Below, one piece after another: positions 1-13,909 of a stretch of 64,000 bases of DNA. A program made the position numbers and the translations under genes. Numbering within the stretch: the first letter of the stretch is position 1; the number at the start of each line of letters is the position of its first letter. The notes beneath the pieces were generated by a model. The model searched no databases, had not been told where the DNA came from, and worked only from the letters and a program-made list of their open reading frames with translations. The DNA is from Lepidodermella squamata (taxonomy: Eukaryota > Animalia > Gastrotricha). The stretch spans positions 124,001-188,000 of the forward strand of contig JBLDXI010000007.1 of NCBI GenBank assembly GCA_047495785.1, read 5' to 3'.

Positions 1-1302
1 GGTTGTCTTCCATCTTCTTGTTGGTACGACGATCGATCTTCTCCTTCAGTTCAGCGAACTTGCAGGCGATGTGGGCGGTGTGGCAATCGAAGACCGGGGA
101 GTAGCCAGCGTGGATTTCACCAGGGTGGTTCAGGACGATGACCTGAGCATCGAAAGATTCGGTGCCCTTCGGGGGGTCGTTCTTCGAGTCACCGCAGACG
201 AAGCCACGGCGAAGATCCTTGACGGCAACACCCTTGACGTTGAAACCAACGTTGTCACCAGGGTAGGCAGCCTCGAGAGCTTCGTGGTGCATTTCGACCG
301 ACTTGACTTCGGTGGTAAGACCAGCAGGGGCGAAGGTGACGACCATGTTGGGCTTCAGGATACCGGTTTCGATACGGCCGACGGGGACAGTGCCGATACC
401 GCCGATTTTGTACACGTCCTGAAGGGGCAAGCGCAGAGGCTTGTCATCAGGGCGCTTGGGTGGGATGGCAGCATCAAGAGCTTCCAGGAGGGTCTTGCCA
501 GTGAAGGTCTTGCCAGCGTCATCCTTGGACTCCTTCTTGGTGATCGAGAAGCCCTTCCACCACTTCATGTTCGGGCTCTCCTCGAGCATGTTGTCGCCGT
601 TCCAGCCAGAAATAGGGACGAACGCAATTTCGACCGGGTTGTAGCCGATCTTCTTGACGTAGTCGCTGACTTCCTTGACGATTTCTTGGTAACGGGCCTA
701 CATCAATTTGATATGATTAAGAGATGGAAAATATAAACACAAAGATAAAAAACCTCGCTCCATGGGGGCTCAGTGGTGTCCATCTTGTTGATGGCGACGA
801 TCATTTGCTTGACACCAAGAGTGTAGGCAAGCAGAGCGTGCTCGCGGGTCTGACCGTTCTTCGAGATACCAGCTTCGAACTCACCAGTACCAGCAGCGAC
901 GACCAAGACGGCGATATCAGCCTGGCTGGTGCCAGTGATCATGTTCTTGATGAAATCGCGATGGCCAGGGGCATCGATGATGGTGAAGTAGTACTTCTCA
1001 GTCTGAAACTTCCACAGCGAGATATCGATGGTAATACCACGCTCGCGCTCAGCCTTAAGTTTGTCCAGGACCCAGGCGTACTTGAAGGAGCCCTTGCCCA
1101 TTTCAGAGGCTTCCTTCTCGAACTTTTCGATGGTACGCTTGTCGATACCACCGCACTTGTAGATCAAGTGACCAGTGGTGGTCGACTTGCCAGAGTCGAC
1201 GTGACCAATGACGACGATGTTGATGTGGATCTTGTCTGAATTGGAAAATCATTCATCAATGGAAACAAATGAATTATAGTAAAACTGACCGGTAGGAGCC
1301 AT
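1..1302 (-). CDS. EEF1A: Elongation factor 1-alpha, 5' part; runs off the window. Exons 1302-1290, 1235-754, 697-<1
   Basis: Spliced [34 protein letters not shown]...[10 protein letters not shown]...DAPGHRDF...NKMD; GT-AG introns 1289-1236 and 753-698. Confidence 0.98.
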
Positions 1303-3935
1303 TGCTTAAACCGTTGAGATGATTATTACTTAAAGGCTGTGATTACAACACTAAATACACAAGTGAGTGATTTTTCAAGCGGATCTGGGAAGTTGATATA
1401 CCCCTGCAGGGTGCGTGCATGCCGATTCACACACGTTGATTCATAGAAGTCACTCATGCGGTTCGATTTTCAATTTACCTCGCCACATATTTAGCATCAA
1501 GTATTTTCGGAAAAATATTTGTACAACAATAAATGCTGATTTCCATGCTCAGTGAATTTTATTTATAATATTTTTTTAGAAATGAAGGGTAAGAAAAGAT
1601 AAGAATTGGTTACAAGATGAGCCCAATGGGATTCTTATCTCGTCGATCAGGTGTGCTTGTTTCCCTGGAGAGTTTTCAGATCGAGATACAGGGCGGATGA
1701 ATGTTGACGGGTGGCTGATCAGTCTATTACCTAGTGTAAATGCGGATCGACTTTTGAGCCTTTTCTTGCATCTCGCTTTATAATTGATTAATCTCATTTG
1801 CCCTATTCCCAATTCAAACTTACGGCCTGCAGATTGAACTTTCATTACTTGAGTATTTAATTTTGCAGTAAGGTATGTACTGCGTGTGTTTAGCTTCCCA
1901 GCCATTTGTAAGCAGCAAATCAACAAATTCGAGGATTAGTGACGAAGAGCATCAGAATCATATTTAGATAATTGTTCAACTCTCCTTTCCATTTCTTTCC
2001 CCTGTGTGTGTTTCGGAAGACCAGTTTGAAAATCGCCGTGCGAAGGCCGAAGGCTTTGTCTGAATTGAAGTCTCTGGGGCCTGACAGTTAGAAAAAGTGA
2101 TGCTCTTGATTTCTCTATGATTTAGCTTGAAGATATTATGAGTGACAATAAAGCAAAGTGACATAAGGCAACGGCAAGCCTATAAGAAACAGCTTAAACG
2201 AATCTGAAAATATATTTGAAATATTTATTCAGGGAAATGCGCCATAGATGTCCGATCAAGGTGTTTCCATTATTTTTCATTTCAGCTGGGCGCGTGTGGG
2301 ACTCGTGTGACCCTTTATCTGAAGATAATTGCTCTTCATTTTCTATGTTGACATGTGCAGCTCGAGTTTAGCACTTCCCAATTGAAAACCTCGTGCCTTT
2401 CTAACTGGATCAATAGTTTCTTGCTTTGAATCAAATTGGATAACAACACTTTATCTTTCCTAAAATATGTGCCATATTATTTTTGGCTGCGACGGTGAAA
2501 TTCGATTTTGCAGGAATGAGCTGGAATCTAGACACGTCAGAACTTTGTATATTTGCTGATCACAATAAGGCATGATGTTTGTTGCAGCTGCAGTTCTGAT
2601 GTGAAATATTCTCAACACCAAATCTCAACTAATTCTCAACACCTCAATACCAATTACCGTAAATGTTGAATTATTGGCTATTTTATTTGATGCTCATCGC
2701 GTTTAGCAGCCCACTTCGCATGATACGACGGTGTTCGAAATCTTCAAAATCAATGAAATGCCCGAAAATGTGAGGGTATGGGTCGTTGAAAATTGAGTCT
2801 TCTGATATATCTCAGTCAGCCCGTCAGCTTCGGGCCATGCAGTGGGTATTGTAAATTAGAAATGCTATTGTTCTAGTTACGGACACCACGATAACCCTAG
2901 GTTTCAGATTTTAAGATTTCCAAATGTTATGCATAATGAAAACTACTTGTTTGGGCTAATATTTCAAAATTTACTTTTAGCCATTATCCACGTTTCTTAC
3001 TTGCATGAATATCCATGAATGTGTAAATGAATATGTAAAAAATGACGATGCTTTTTGCTTTCTTCGTAATACTTGCAATTATATTATTTGGCATTTGAAG
3101 CTCACTATAAATTCGCTGGTATCAATGGTGTGCCATGCTCCTAATTAATTTCCGCCAAGTTGAATATAGTTTTGGGTAAAATTTTTGATAATTACATTCT
3201 AGAAATAATGAAAAAAACAGGTTTCCCTTTGACTGATTGCGAGTTTAATTTGTCGTTTGCGAAATCAAATAAGGCGTTGCGAAATATTATTTCGGCAAGA
3301 ATAATCAAAAGCTTTGTTTTTTAATATTTTCGCTTTTTATCGCTGAGTCATTTAGTTTTTCAAGAAAACCTTCTCGATGAATCAGTAGTCTCATTTTAAT
3401 TATTAGTTTAGTCAGCATTTAGTGACCGAGTTTTGAACTGGACTAAACCAATTTATTATTGCCTATGCCGCCTGATTGACCATGCTTTATGAAATATTTT
3501 ACTTAAACCTGAGGTAACATGCGCTTATCGAAAGGCACATGTCGCATATTGGGTTGCAAAAATTAATTTTATCGATTTTGTGACTCCTAGCGTGTATTTA
3601 TGACCAGCACAAAGCCAATAACAGCGGCAGTACTCCTGCTTTGCAAAATATCAATCAACTTCCGCTAACATTGGAATTGACTGGTTTTCAGGAGTATGGG
3701 CTTTACATATAGCGTATCAGTAAGTACCAGCTAAATTCAAATACGCAGCACAATCATTGTTCCGCTTTTCATCATAGGCCTAATTGCTACTCTCAATAGT
3801 TTTGAAATGAGGCGTCCAATTTAGCCTATGAGTTCTGTATAATATTTATTTCAACTCATGTTTTGTTGATAGGCTTGAGATTTATGAAGCATTACATTGC
3901 CGGCAATCGATCGAAATCAGCTCAAGGCCAGCGCG

Positions 3936-5081
3936 ATGTGTAGTATCACAGTCGGCTACTGGTTGTCAGACGACAAGGAGGAGAAGCTTAATTTTAAGCA
4001 GTTTGTCAAGTTCTGCTCTCAGCGCGGTATTGAGTTGGTTAAAACGCACCTCCGCGACGACCTGCCGCAAAATAATGGAAAACCAGCGTTTTCTCTATTT
4101 ATTCACAAGCTGAACGATTTGATTGTCGAGGCGGACAACGGAGATGAAACTGCAACCGAGCGATTATTGACCTACGAGCGGTGGGCGTCCTACCACCCGG
4201 AGGTCGACGTCATCGACCCGCTTCCCTACACTCGCGTTCTGCTGAATCGGGTGTCGATGTCGAAAGTCATCGAAAAAACATGTGCAACTCTCGACGAATC
4301 TATTTACTTCATTCCTCCCTTTTGCGAACTCGCAACGCCCGCTGATATCAACGAAGAAAATGGACCGAACGTGTTGAGCAAAGCTGGGCTTCAATTTCCT
4401 ATTATCTGCAAGCCCATCATGGCCGAAAGTCATGAGTTAGTCGTTATTACCCACGAAAAAGGCCTGCCTTACGCGCCTATTCCTTGCCTCGCCCAAACCT
4501 TTATCAGCCACTACCAGCTACTGTTTAAAATGTACATTTTGGGCGACAAGCTTTACTGCGTCGAACGGCCCTCGTTACCCGACCCGAGCGAGTTGATCGG
4601 CATGGGTCCAGTTCTGCGTTTCAACACTGCTTCATTAGGCAAAGGCCCACCCAGTGCTTTCGATCCAGATCGGCGGAAAATTTTCATAACCGATCAAAAC
4701 GTCCTCACAAACGGGGCTGGTAATTCGTCGAAATCGTCGCAACGAAACGGTTCTGCACCGTATCACACGAACGGTAACAATCACTCGAATGGACATGGCA
4801 ACCCAACCAAGGGCAGTGCAACCACGGCTTCGGTTTACCGGCCGTCATCGAAAGCGCTTCAGGTTCTCGCTACAGCGCTGCGGACCGAGCTCAATTTAGA
4901 GTTGTTTGGTGCTGACGTTATGGTGGACGCAGCGACGGGTCGCTTGGCCTGTGTTGATGTGAACGCGTTTCCAGGTTACAAGGGCGTGCCCGACTTTTTC
5001 GGCGAACTTTCCTCGTTTCTGGCGAGACGGGCACGTGGCGAAATCTCGCGCCAGAGTCAGATGCCTATTTACATTTCCTAA
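3936..5081 (+). CDS. ITPK1: Inositol-tetrakisphosphate 1-kinase (ATP-grasp); single coding exon
   Basis: VGYWLSDDKEEKLNF, FIHKLND, HPEVDVIDP, FPIICKP, ERPSL, LFGADVMVD, DVNAFPGY. First in-frame ATG is 3936, after the acceptor at 3871-3872. Confidence 0.92.
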   Translation: MCSITVGYWLSDDKEEKLNFKQFVKFCSQRGIELVKTHLRDDLPQNNGKPAFSLFIHKLNDLIVEADNGDETATERLLTYERWASYHPEVDVIDPLPYTRVLLNRVSMSKVIEKTCATLDESIYFIPPFCELATPADINEENGPNVLSKAGLQFPIICKPIMAESHELVVITHEKGLPYAPIPCLAQTFISHYQLLFKMYILGDKLYCVERPSLPDPSELIGMGPVLRFNTASLGKGPPSAFDPDRRKIFITDQNVLTNGAGNSSKSSQRNGSAPYHTNGNNHSNGHGNPTKGSATTASVYRPSSKALQVLATALRTELNLELFGADVMVDAATGRLACVDVNAFPGYKGVPDFFGELSSFLARRARGEISRQSQMPIYIS

Positions 5082-6573
5082 CGACCACTGTAATAAAATA
5101 CTGCGAGTTTTGTCGTGATTTATCAGCGTTGTCTCTTCATATTTTTTCTCGGTCTTTTCTTCTTCACGAGAAGTGAAAACAAAAATTCACATTTTCACTG
5201 CAACTAACTATTATGATACTGTATTTTTGGCTGATTGATTGAATATTTGTAGGCAACTATATGAAGATGAAAATTTTCCCAGCAGAAAATTAATGGCCAA
5301 TTCAATGATTTTCTGCTGCGAAAATTTATTCTTTATTTTTTTCGATAATGTCCTTCTTTTTGTCGCATTTTCTCGGTGTGTGTGTGCGTGGTGTTCCTCG
5401 ATGTATCTGTGAACTGCGTGAAATAGTCAAGCGACGACGAAAAAAAAAGTGAAAGACTCGTGCTCATTAAACGTGTAACTTTGTTGCGTTTCAAGACGAG
5501 TGTCTCTTTAGCGCTCACACAACCCGGTTACTACACATTTAACATGTGACAGTTTCGTAATTTTTCAAGCTAAACTTTTTGCTGTTTCTTAGTTTTCGAT
5601 GATTCACATTGTTCTTGTCCTCTCGATGCAAAATGTCTCTACTGTGTAGATGTAACAGTTTATTTTTGCGTCGCTTATAAGATATGCAATTTTTCCTCTT
5701 CGACTTGAAAATTTCGAAATATATTCCTACTGTGCGCAGAAATTTATGACGGATGGCTTTAAATCTCAGCATCAAACTTGGCCCATCAATGAAAGCAAGC
5801 TAATATCAAGTGACGAGTGCCTAAAACAGTTGATATAACGCGAAATCTGTGATATACATATGAAAGCGATGATGCTTGAACGACATTCGCATTGTTTCCG
5901 AGTTTCTTATGATGACGATCAGCCAATCGACTGCTCGGTTCTTCCTTGAGCGAGTCGTGAAAAAATGAAATCATCACAGGTTACAAGTTGTGCTTTTGTT
6001 TGAGCAAATAATGATATTCGTAACGTTGTTACGCGACTATCCATATATAAGTGAACATATTTCTTTGATTTTTGTGTCTTTTTTACAATATGCAGCCAAC
6101 CTCGCTAAAAATTTTGTCACGTCTAGATTCTTTCTGCATAACTGTATACAAGATTGAAAAATAATGACGCGTGCTTTTGTCGTGGCTGGCCTTATGAACT
6201 TGTAACACATTGAAATCGCGTCGCTATTGTATGTTATTATTATTATTATTAAAATAACGATTGGAATTTGCAAAAAGAATCTATTCGCAGTAAATAATTG
6301 AATAGTCCTGCCTCAATCGATTTGTTTGTTTACGTTTTTATTACTCGTATTATTACATTCCCAGCTCACCCACCCGTTAAGGGGGCTTGATATAATTCGC
6401 AACATAGCAAGGTCGGGTTAGTATCGCCGGTTAAATTAGATTTATAGCGTCGCCGCTTTTCCTCCCAGTTACTTTCGATTGTCCCGCGGCAGTCGCTGTG
6501 ACAAATTCTGGCCCGGTTTTTCATTTATACTATTTCATGTTTCATGTCTCCGTTTCTTTTCCCTGTTTTAGGC

Positions 6574-9500
6574 ATGCTGAGGTCATGCCGACGGCGCGGT
6601 TGCTTGGGAAACCTGCAGCACCGCGGATGTAAAATTTTACTGTTCGTCGGCGCCGCTCAGCTCTTATGCACTACCATCATTTACTACCTGATGGGCTTCG
6701 GTGGGCCTGTCGATGACAGCGGCAGCCCACACGATGCCGTCCTCATCGGCAACAACCTGGTCGTTCAGCTCGACAACAAACACGCAGCCCAACTCGCAGA
6801 TTCAACCACGACGCAATCGATTTCAAAATATGCGAAAAGCGCGATTTCCCGAGCGAAAACTCAGCAGTGCAAACTCGCGATTCTAGACACGGAGAGACAA
6901 CAATCAACCGGGTTGTTATACGCCCAGGACACCCTTACCGGGTCGTGCGCGGCGAGAAATATCTCGAAATCCCGTTACATCGGCTGCTTCCGCGATAATG
7001 TTAACATTCCGGACTTGGAAGGCGTGAAACTGGTGGAATTCGCCAAGGACAACTCGCCGAAACGCTGTGTCGAGCATTGTTTTTCTCTCGGCCTGGCGTA
7101 TGCGGGTCTGCAGCGCGGCATCGCCTGCAGCTGCGGCACCCGGTTCGGCCGGCACGGTGCGTTGCCAATGTCGCGGTGTGACAGGCCGTGCCCTGGCAAT
7201 GGCACGTTAAAATGCGGCGGAAATCTCGCGAATTCCGTCTACACGACCGAGGCCGGGATGACGCTGAATTTCGTCGCGCCTCGACAGCCGTTGAACTCGA
7301 CAAAAATGTCAGCGGCAACACAACCGGCGAGAATAGCTTTCGTATTATCGTTAAACGGCCGGGCTCTACGACAAATCGGCCGGCTGCTTCGAGTGATTTA
7401 TCGGCCTGAGCATTACTACTACATCCATGTCGATACGAGATTGCGTTATCTTCACGCTGAGTTGGAGAAAATGACGCGTGGCGTGCAGAATATCTACGTC
7501 GCCCAGGGCTCTGAGCGATTTTCGACGATTTGGGGCGGTGCTTCGCTGTTAACAATGCTGCTGTCGAGTTATCAATACCTGCTGAGGAGGAAAGACTGGA
7601 AGTGGGATTTTGTGATGAACCTCTCCGAAACCGATTTCCCCATAAGGTATTTTGCCTTACTTTTTTCAAAATCGATTGACTTATTTTTGTTTAGACCCGT
7701 GGACGAATTGGCGCTATTTCTCGGAGCCAATATAAACACTAATTTTATTCTGACGCATATATCAAAGACCGAGACTTATCTATCGAAACAAGGAATGATG
7801 TTTACGTTTCTTGAATGCGAACATCGCATGTGGCGGCTGAGTGAGCGTCCGCTACCTCGCGGAATTCGCATGTTTGGCGCCTCCGACTGGGTAACGCTAA
7901 CTCGAGATTTCGTTGGCTACATCATCGACGGAAACACCAAAGCTGATCCGACTTTGATAAATTTGTTACGGTTCTTCAATTACACTCTCCTACCTGCCGA
8001 GGTTTGAATTTCGCCTGATTAATGTCAATTAATTTTAATTTTTTTTTCTAATTTTTTCAGTCATATTTTCATACGGTTTTATTGAACACAAAATTCTGTG
8101 ATCGGGTCGCAAATTCCAACCTACGAGTTGTCAACTGGCAGCGATCGCGCGGCTGCAAGTGTCAGCAAAAAGCCATTGTAGACTGGTGTGGCTGTTCGCC
8201 CAATGACTTGCTCGAGAAAGATTTCCGTGGCATGGAGCAATACGCAGCGTCACGTTCGCCGTCGTACTTTTTTGCTCGAAAGTTCGAGGAGGCTATAAAC
8301 CAACGCATTCTCAACTTGATCGAGATCAACCTGCTGCATTCTTTATCAGGTGAGTACGTTTTTTCGTCCTGAATAGGCTGATTACAATCATCACGCGTCC
8401 TTGATCTTTTGTGACGCAAGAAGCGGTACGATTGATAAAGACCGTGACGTCATGTCAGTGCAAATATGATGATTCACATGATGATGTTAGCTTAAGTCGC
8501 GCAAAAAAGACATCAGAGAAATTCACCGTAAAAGCTCTTAGTTTGGACAAAGCAAACAAAATTTAGGAAAAAATTGCAAAAATAAAAGAATTCTCTAAAG
8601 GCGCCGAAGGGGCGCCGATTTCCAAAGCCTGCGAACATTTAGGGAATTTTATTGTACACCTCATTTTGAAATGAGGCGCGGAATTTCAAAAAATATTTCG
8701 CACACATTTATCATCAAAATTCCGGACATGATAAATGTGTAAAGAATCCGAGGAAATTGAAGGCAATTTTCTTCTTATGATCTGAGCTAATCTTGGAATT
8801 TTCTCAATTTTTCAGATAACACAACAGCCGTTGATTATTTCTGGCTGAATGAATTCAATTTAGCAGAGGATGGTCCGAATTCGGGGACCTTCGTCAAGCG
8901 CGAACCTTACTACCGCGCATTTGCTCAACTTGCCCTTGATTCGCTGAAACCAACGAGAGCCAATTCGAATTGCCCTGAGCTTAAAGAAATCAACAGCGTT
9001 TTATCTGCGAATACTCTGAGTATCAAAAACAAATTTAAGGTGGAATTTTTAAAACACAAATTTTCTTCTGTAAAATCTTATTTCCTCCAGGGATTTCTTG
9101 TCGAGTTCGAGTCCGGTTCTGAAACTTTTGAAGTAATCGTTGAATCCAGTGAAAATCTTCTCGAAAAGGAGAAAATTCGTCAGCATTCGCTAGATACTAT
9201 CAACAATGCGGAGCTAGAGAAGCTATTCTCGAAATGGGGTTACCGCGCTTCTGCAATCTACGTCGGCTCAGATTTTGATTTGAAAGAAAATGTATTCCGT
9301 AATATTGGCTCACTTTTTGTTACTAATCAAACCGGCATCTGCCTGGCGATATCTTGGGAAAAAGTCGCTAAAAATGACCGCAATACACTCCAAGTAGCGC
9401 CGACAAATGCTTCGACGCTGCTAGCCGGTAGCAGTACTACAACGAAAAAGCCCTTCTCGGCCGATCTGGTGATAAAAATCTCCAGCCCGGACGGCACCGA

Positions 9501-9876
9501 AACCACCTGTACTGTGATTGCGCGTCCTGCTGATGAAGTTTCGTGCCTTTGCGGCGAGGCGTTCAAGCTGAATGTCGCCGGTCTGTGGCGCGTTCGAGTC
9601 CAGTCGACGGGCGCAAAATTTCCGAATGTTGCGTTCGGCGACCCTCTCGACTTCGTAGTTCTGCCTGCGAAAACGGGCCAGATCAGCGATAACGTTGCAC
9701 TACTGAGTCCTGCATTCTGGTCTCTTCGTGATATGTGCCTGGTTTCGTCTTCCAACGAGCAGTTCGATCTGAGCTGTTTCGCTCCTGAGCAATCGTCGTT
9801 TTTTGAGTTTTGCACGTCGAAATCTTGGAGCTCTTATTCTGCTGACGTCAAGTCTTTGCCTAGATTTTCTAGTTGA
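6574..9876 (+). CDS. XYLT: Peptide O-xylosyltransferase with WSC domain (oxt/sqv-6 type). Exons about 6574-7646, 7695-8001, 8061-8349, 8816-9039, 9091-9876
   Basis: N-terminal TM anchor; AISRAKTQQCK; WSC domain (YIGCFRD...CGG); GT14 motifs YYIHVD, TIWGGASLL, NLSETDFP, YTLLPAE|SYFHT, DWCGCSPND, FARKFE. Confidence 0.93.
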
Positions 9877-12800
9877 TTGCCAAAAATTGCGAAAAAAACA
9901 ACATAACAATCTCAGCCGTTTGGTGTAAACATGCGTTATAATATTATATTTCAGTATTTTGGTACCTCTTACACTAGTCTCCGCTTCCGCCTCCTCACTT
10001 ACGTTTGTTTTCCTTGGGGGCTTTATCGAAAACTATATATGAACATCCTGATTATTGTATTTCACTTTTTCGTATAAAAAAGCGACTTGGTGCTGCTGTT
10101 CGAAAGAGACAATAAACAACGTATGTGCTGTTATTGTTATTGCGAGAAAAACAATAAATAAATTATGACGGGAAAACATGGCTTTTCGTATTTATTTTTG
10201 AAGACTAATTTTATTTCGAGACGAATTTAGAACAGCGATACGTTTTAACCCGGTTCAGCAATTGCCTAGGGGTTGTCTTTGTTTTATCTCACCCGGCATG
10301 ATGACAGCAAATACATGCGTCACGCGACATGAATGTTCTTGAAGTCCACCCTGGCACGCTCACCTGCTGTCTGAAATGTACACTGCCGATGCGAGGAGGC
10401 ATATTTGCGCAACTGAATACTGCAGTTGACACTGATGAATGTTGATAGCGCGGCTATAATCTCTAGTAATAGTCGAAATTAGGAGCGCATTTTTTACGCT
10501 CCGCCGCGTGTAATATTACACTGCCGTGCACTGAACCTGGCGACTTTTTTACACTCACGCGGATACGGCTAATCATCGATCGAAGTGGCGACTATGATGA
10601 CGCCGATGCGAAGAAAAAGCGGCAGGTAGAAATGCGTGCGAGGGAGGGCGCGGCAGCACAGCTGTGTTGTTTATGACGACGATGACGCCCGGCACAGTTT
10701 CATTTTGAACCAGTCCGACTTGTCATGTGTGACTCATATTTCATGCCAATATACTACGCGTGTCTTGTGCTAGCGCAACTGCGGCGGTGTGTGTGTGTTT
10801 ATTCTTTCATGATTAATCGTTTTTTTAATCGGCCGATCCACAGTGGGATAAAGCGACAGGTTGGTTTTGCGACGCTCTAGTATAGGAGCATATCTGTGGC
10901 GGCTTTAATTGCGTGATTTTTTGGATGTATTTTATTATGCCTAATATTATCAGCTATAGCGGATGGGTTGCCTATATACATTTTATTGTAACGAGTGATA
11001 AGGCAGAAACTTTTTTTTCACCTAGAGCGTAGTTTCGCGCCAGCTGCTTTCTGTATTTTTTACCTATATAATGCATACATCGTAATATGCTTTGACGGAT
11101 GAATAATGTTTTCGCATTATCACCCGAAACATATATTACCATTATTCATAGCCGCGCTGGCAGCGTATCGATGTAGGGCGAGTAATATGGTATCGTACAT
11201 TCATCGCGTGGAAGAAAGCCCCACATACAACATATACTGGTGTGTTTTTTCTACCTACGTCCCATGACGTGGTGATGATGATGACTATAGCAGCATTTCG
11301 CTACTCATGAAAATGAAAAGCCGTGTTAACATTATTATTAGCATTCAAAAAAGTGCCGTTTTTTATACCTGCGTTAAAAAACGTATTCCTGTTAATATTA
11401 TTATTAGTATTATTACCACAGAAAGTAAGAAATATCTTTGGACGGCGATTCTAAGCATGACTGGCTGCTTTCTTCTCATACCTATCGCTCTACCCTACAT
11501 ACATCCACGCACATTCACATATATATATACAGTCATATAATAATTATTCTTCTTGACGTCATTGATTTGTTATTTTGGCTGTACGCTTTTTGTTCTTTTT
11601 TCTTGCGTCAAAACGATTTTTTGTGCCGTGTCCCGCGACACACTATAGCAATGCCAGGATTTTTATCAATAATCACCTGCAATATTTTTTATCTATTGGC
11701 CTGTTTATAGACTGATGTCTTTCTGTAGGTTATTCATGGACTATTCTTGTTTAATTGCGGTGTGTAGGCGTTTTTACCACCAGATTCCACTCCCAGAATT
11801 CTAAAAAACATGGCTTTGGCAGGCAACTGCAACATAAAAAACACTTGGATCGATAGATTATTTCACCTGCCTCGAAAGATAAGGCAGTGTTGACAAAGAT
11901 ACGCCCCCTAAAAAGTGTTGCAACGGCCTCGCTCACATGCAGCCCCCTCAACATTGACTGTGCCTTAGTATAATGTTATTATCGCATCAGCTAAATATTA
12001 TTTTAAATGGCATCCTGCTGCTAATCTGCTCCTGACTACTTCAACGCGTCCTATAGTGCACATCTGCGCGTGCGCGATTTTTTTAATAAAAATTGTTGCG
12101 CACGCGTGATGTTGCGGATAAAATCGAAGCGATTTAGAGTCCTCAGTTTTTCATAGAATGTACTATTGCTAGTATAGGCTACACTCATTTGAGCGCCTTT
12201 TGCCGCTCGTGGCTTAGAGCAGGCAGCGATTTTCACCCACGTTATAATGCAACGCTTGTTTTTCCTCCCCCATTTTCTGCGCTGCCCGCCGCAATTCATC
12301 GCTTCGCGCGGCTTCAATTTTTAACCACGCAAAATTTTCAACACGGCATCGATTTGCACTTGCTTCTGCTGGCTCGCGTTGCTGTGTGGCGCCGTTGCCG
12401 TGCGGGGTACATATATATTATACATCGCACGCGTTTATATATGTTTGCTTATTATATTCTTGCCAATAAGGAAATGACGACGACACTAGCGTGCTTGCGA
12501 AAAAACCGACTGACTGACGACCGACTGAATTCGCATCACCCATCGCGCTAGCCGGCGCTCGCAAATTTTATATTATTATTACTTTTGTACATAGGCGTAT
12601 TACTATAATTATTTTCTATCGCAAACCATGAGATGTACATTTTTTTATTTCTATAGTTTCGATCGCGTGTGTTTATCGACAATTTTTCATTCGTCATTCG
12701 TAACAGATGATGAAGCGCCGCGCGCGCTGTCTATGACAACTACGTGTACCTACACCGAATTTAGTCATCGGCAAACACAGGCCAAAAATTAATACATGTA

Positions 12801-13070
12801 GCGTGTGCTTTTTCCGCACTGGCAAGTTATATCATCGCCCTGATTATAATTAAGCACTGACTCAACTTCCCAAGTCCGGTTGCCAACCTAAAATAGCTTG
12901 AAATATATCATTGATTTCTCATTTTCCTTTATAGACGACTCATTTTAATTGAGGAAAAATAACCCGAAGCTGTCGCTAGAAACCGAAACGACCGTTGCGA
13001 GTTGCTAGCGACGATATATTGGCCTAGGCACTAGACATTCTTTCATTCACAATTAAACGAAACAATAAAA

Positions 13071-13909
13071 ATGTGCAGCAAAGCTGGAACAATGTTGAAG
13101 CAATGCGCGTCTTCGCCGACTTCGCCCTTGTCAAGTTGCGCTTCTGGTCACATTCTGCTAGTTTCAATGCAGAAACTGCGCAACCCGGCATTTCAGCGAT
13201 TCGGCGCTGATCTCCGAAAAACTTTGATGATTACCTCTGTTGTTAAGGTGATTTAGGGTTATATTATCAATTATCGGTGTTATAATGCCTCGTTTTCATC
13301 CTATAACAGCAAGCTAGAAAATTTTATCAACTCGGTTCGGATGTGCCAATTAACTGCGCCTGTCTTCGAGCTGATTCTGTTTTCGTACTGCCCACTCCGT
13401 GCGAAGAAAAGGTGCTGGAACAGCCGGTCGTCGATGAAGCGACTTGCAAGGCGTCGCGGAAGCACTCACTCTCACCGCTTCGCAAGCATCGCGGGCCAAA
13501 GGTCAGTTGCGTGGTCCCAGTCGAGAAGTCAACTCAGCCTATGCATTCCTCAGCATCCTCGATCTTGCCCTCGCCCGACCCCGTTTCGCCCTCAGCCGTC
13601 ATGCCCAGCGTTCATAATTCGTCGCACGTGAGAAAAGATGACAGCTATGATTCACACGGTGAAACTAATCACCATCGTCATGAATATCATCACAAGAGCC
13701 CGAGCGGTGCTAGAAATCATCATCACTCTCGAGCGACAGGGGAAAATCCTCGCTCGCATCGTTACCAAGTCATTGCCCCGGCTGACTTAGCTCGATATTT
13801 CCAATTGAATTATCATCAGTCGGACGATACGCCCCCGGTGAAAAAGCGAAGATTGGCATTTCTGCCGCACGAAACCAACGCCATTTGTGTCACGGCGTCG
13901 GTCTGCTGA
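13071..13909 (+). CDS. Immediate early response (IER2/IER5-like) protein. Exons 13071-13247, 13310-13909
   Basis: Spliced N-terminus HILLVSMQKL...RFGADLRKTLMITSVVK|QARKFY resembles the IER N-terminal motif (ImtlSlwKm...RGGlrLhrsLqlslVmrsARelY); basic PVKKRR motif; the 62-nt intron joins two ORFs in frame. Confidence 0.7.

Noticed and set aside
71-1239. Long plus-strand ORFs (221 aa, 171 aa)
   Set aside because: Antisense shadows of the codon-biased EF1A exons. The same applies to ORFs opposite TOP1, RPL27A and the histones.
5918-5977. Minus-strand GTGATGA...CTGA, C/D snoRNA-like
   Set aside because: No terminal stem, no host intron on that strand and no recognisable rRNA guide; probably chance.
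7647-7694. Apparent hydrophobic insertion in xylosyltransferase, and similarly at about 36178-36237 in CYP4
   Set aside because: Stop-free GT-AG introns of 48 and 60 nt (multiples of 3).
8655-8742. Short hairpins in a xylosyltransferase intron (CCTCATTT/AAATGAGG; ACACATTTATCAT/ATGATAAATGTGT); similar ones at about 37127, 52126 and 58653
   Set aside because: Probably decayed transposon fragments; no TIR/TSD boundaries can be defined.
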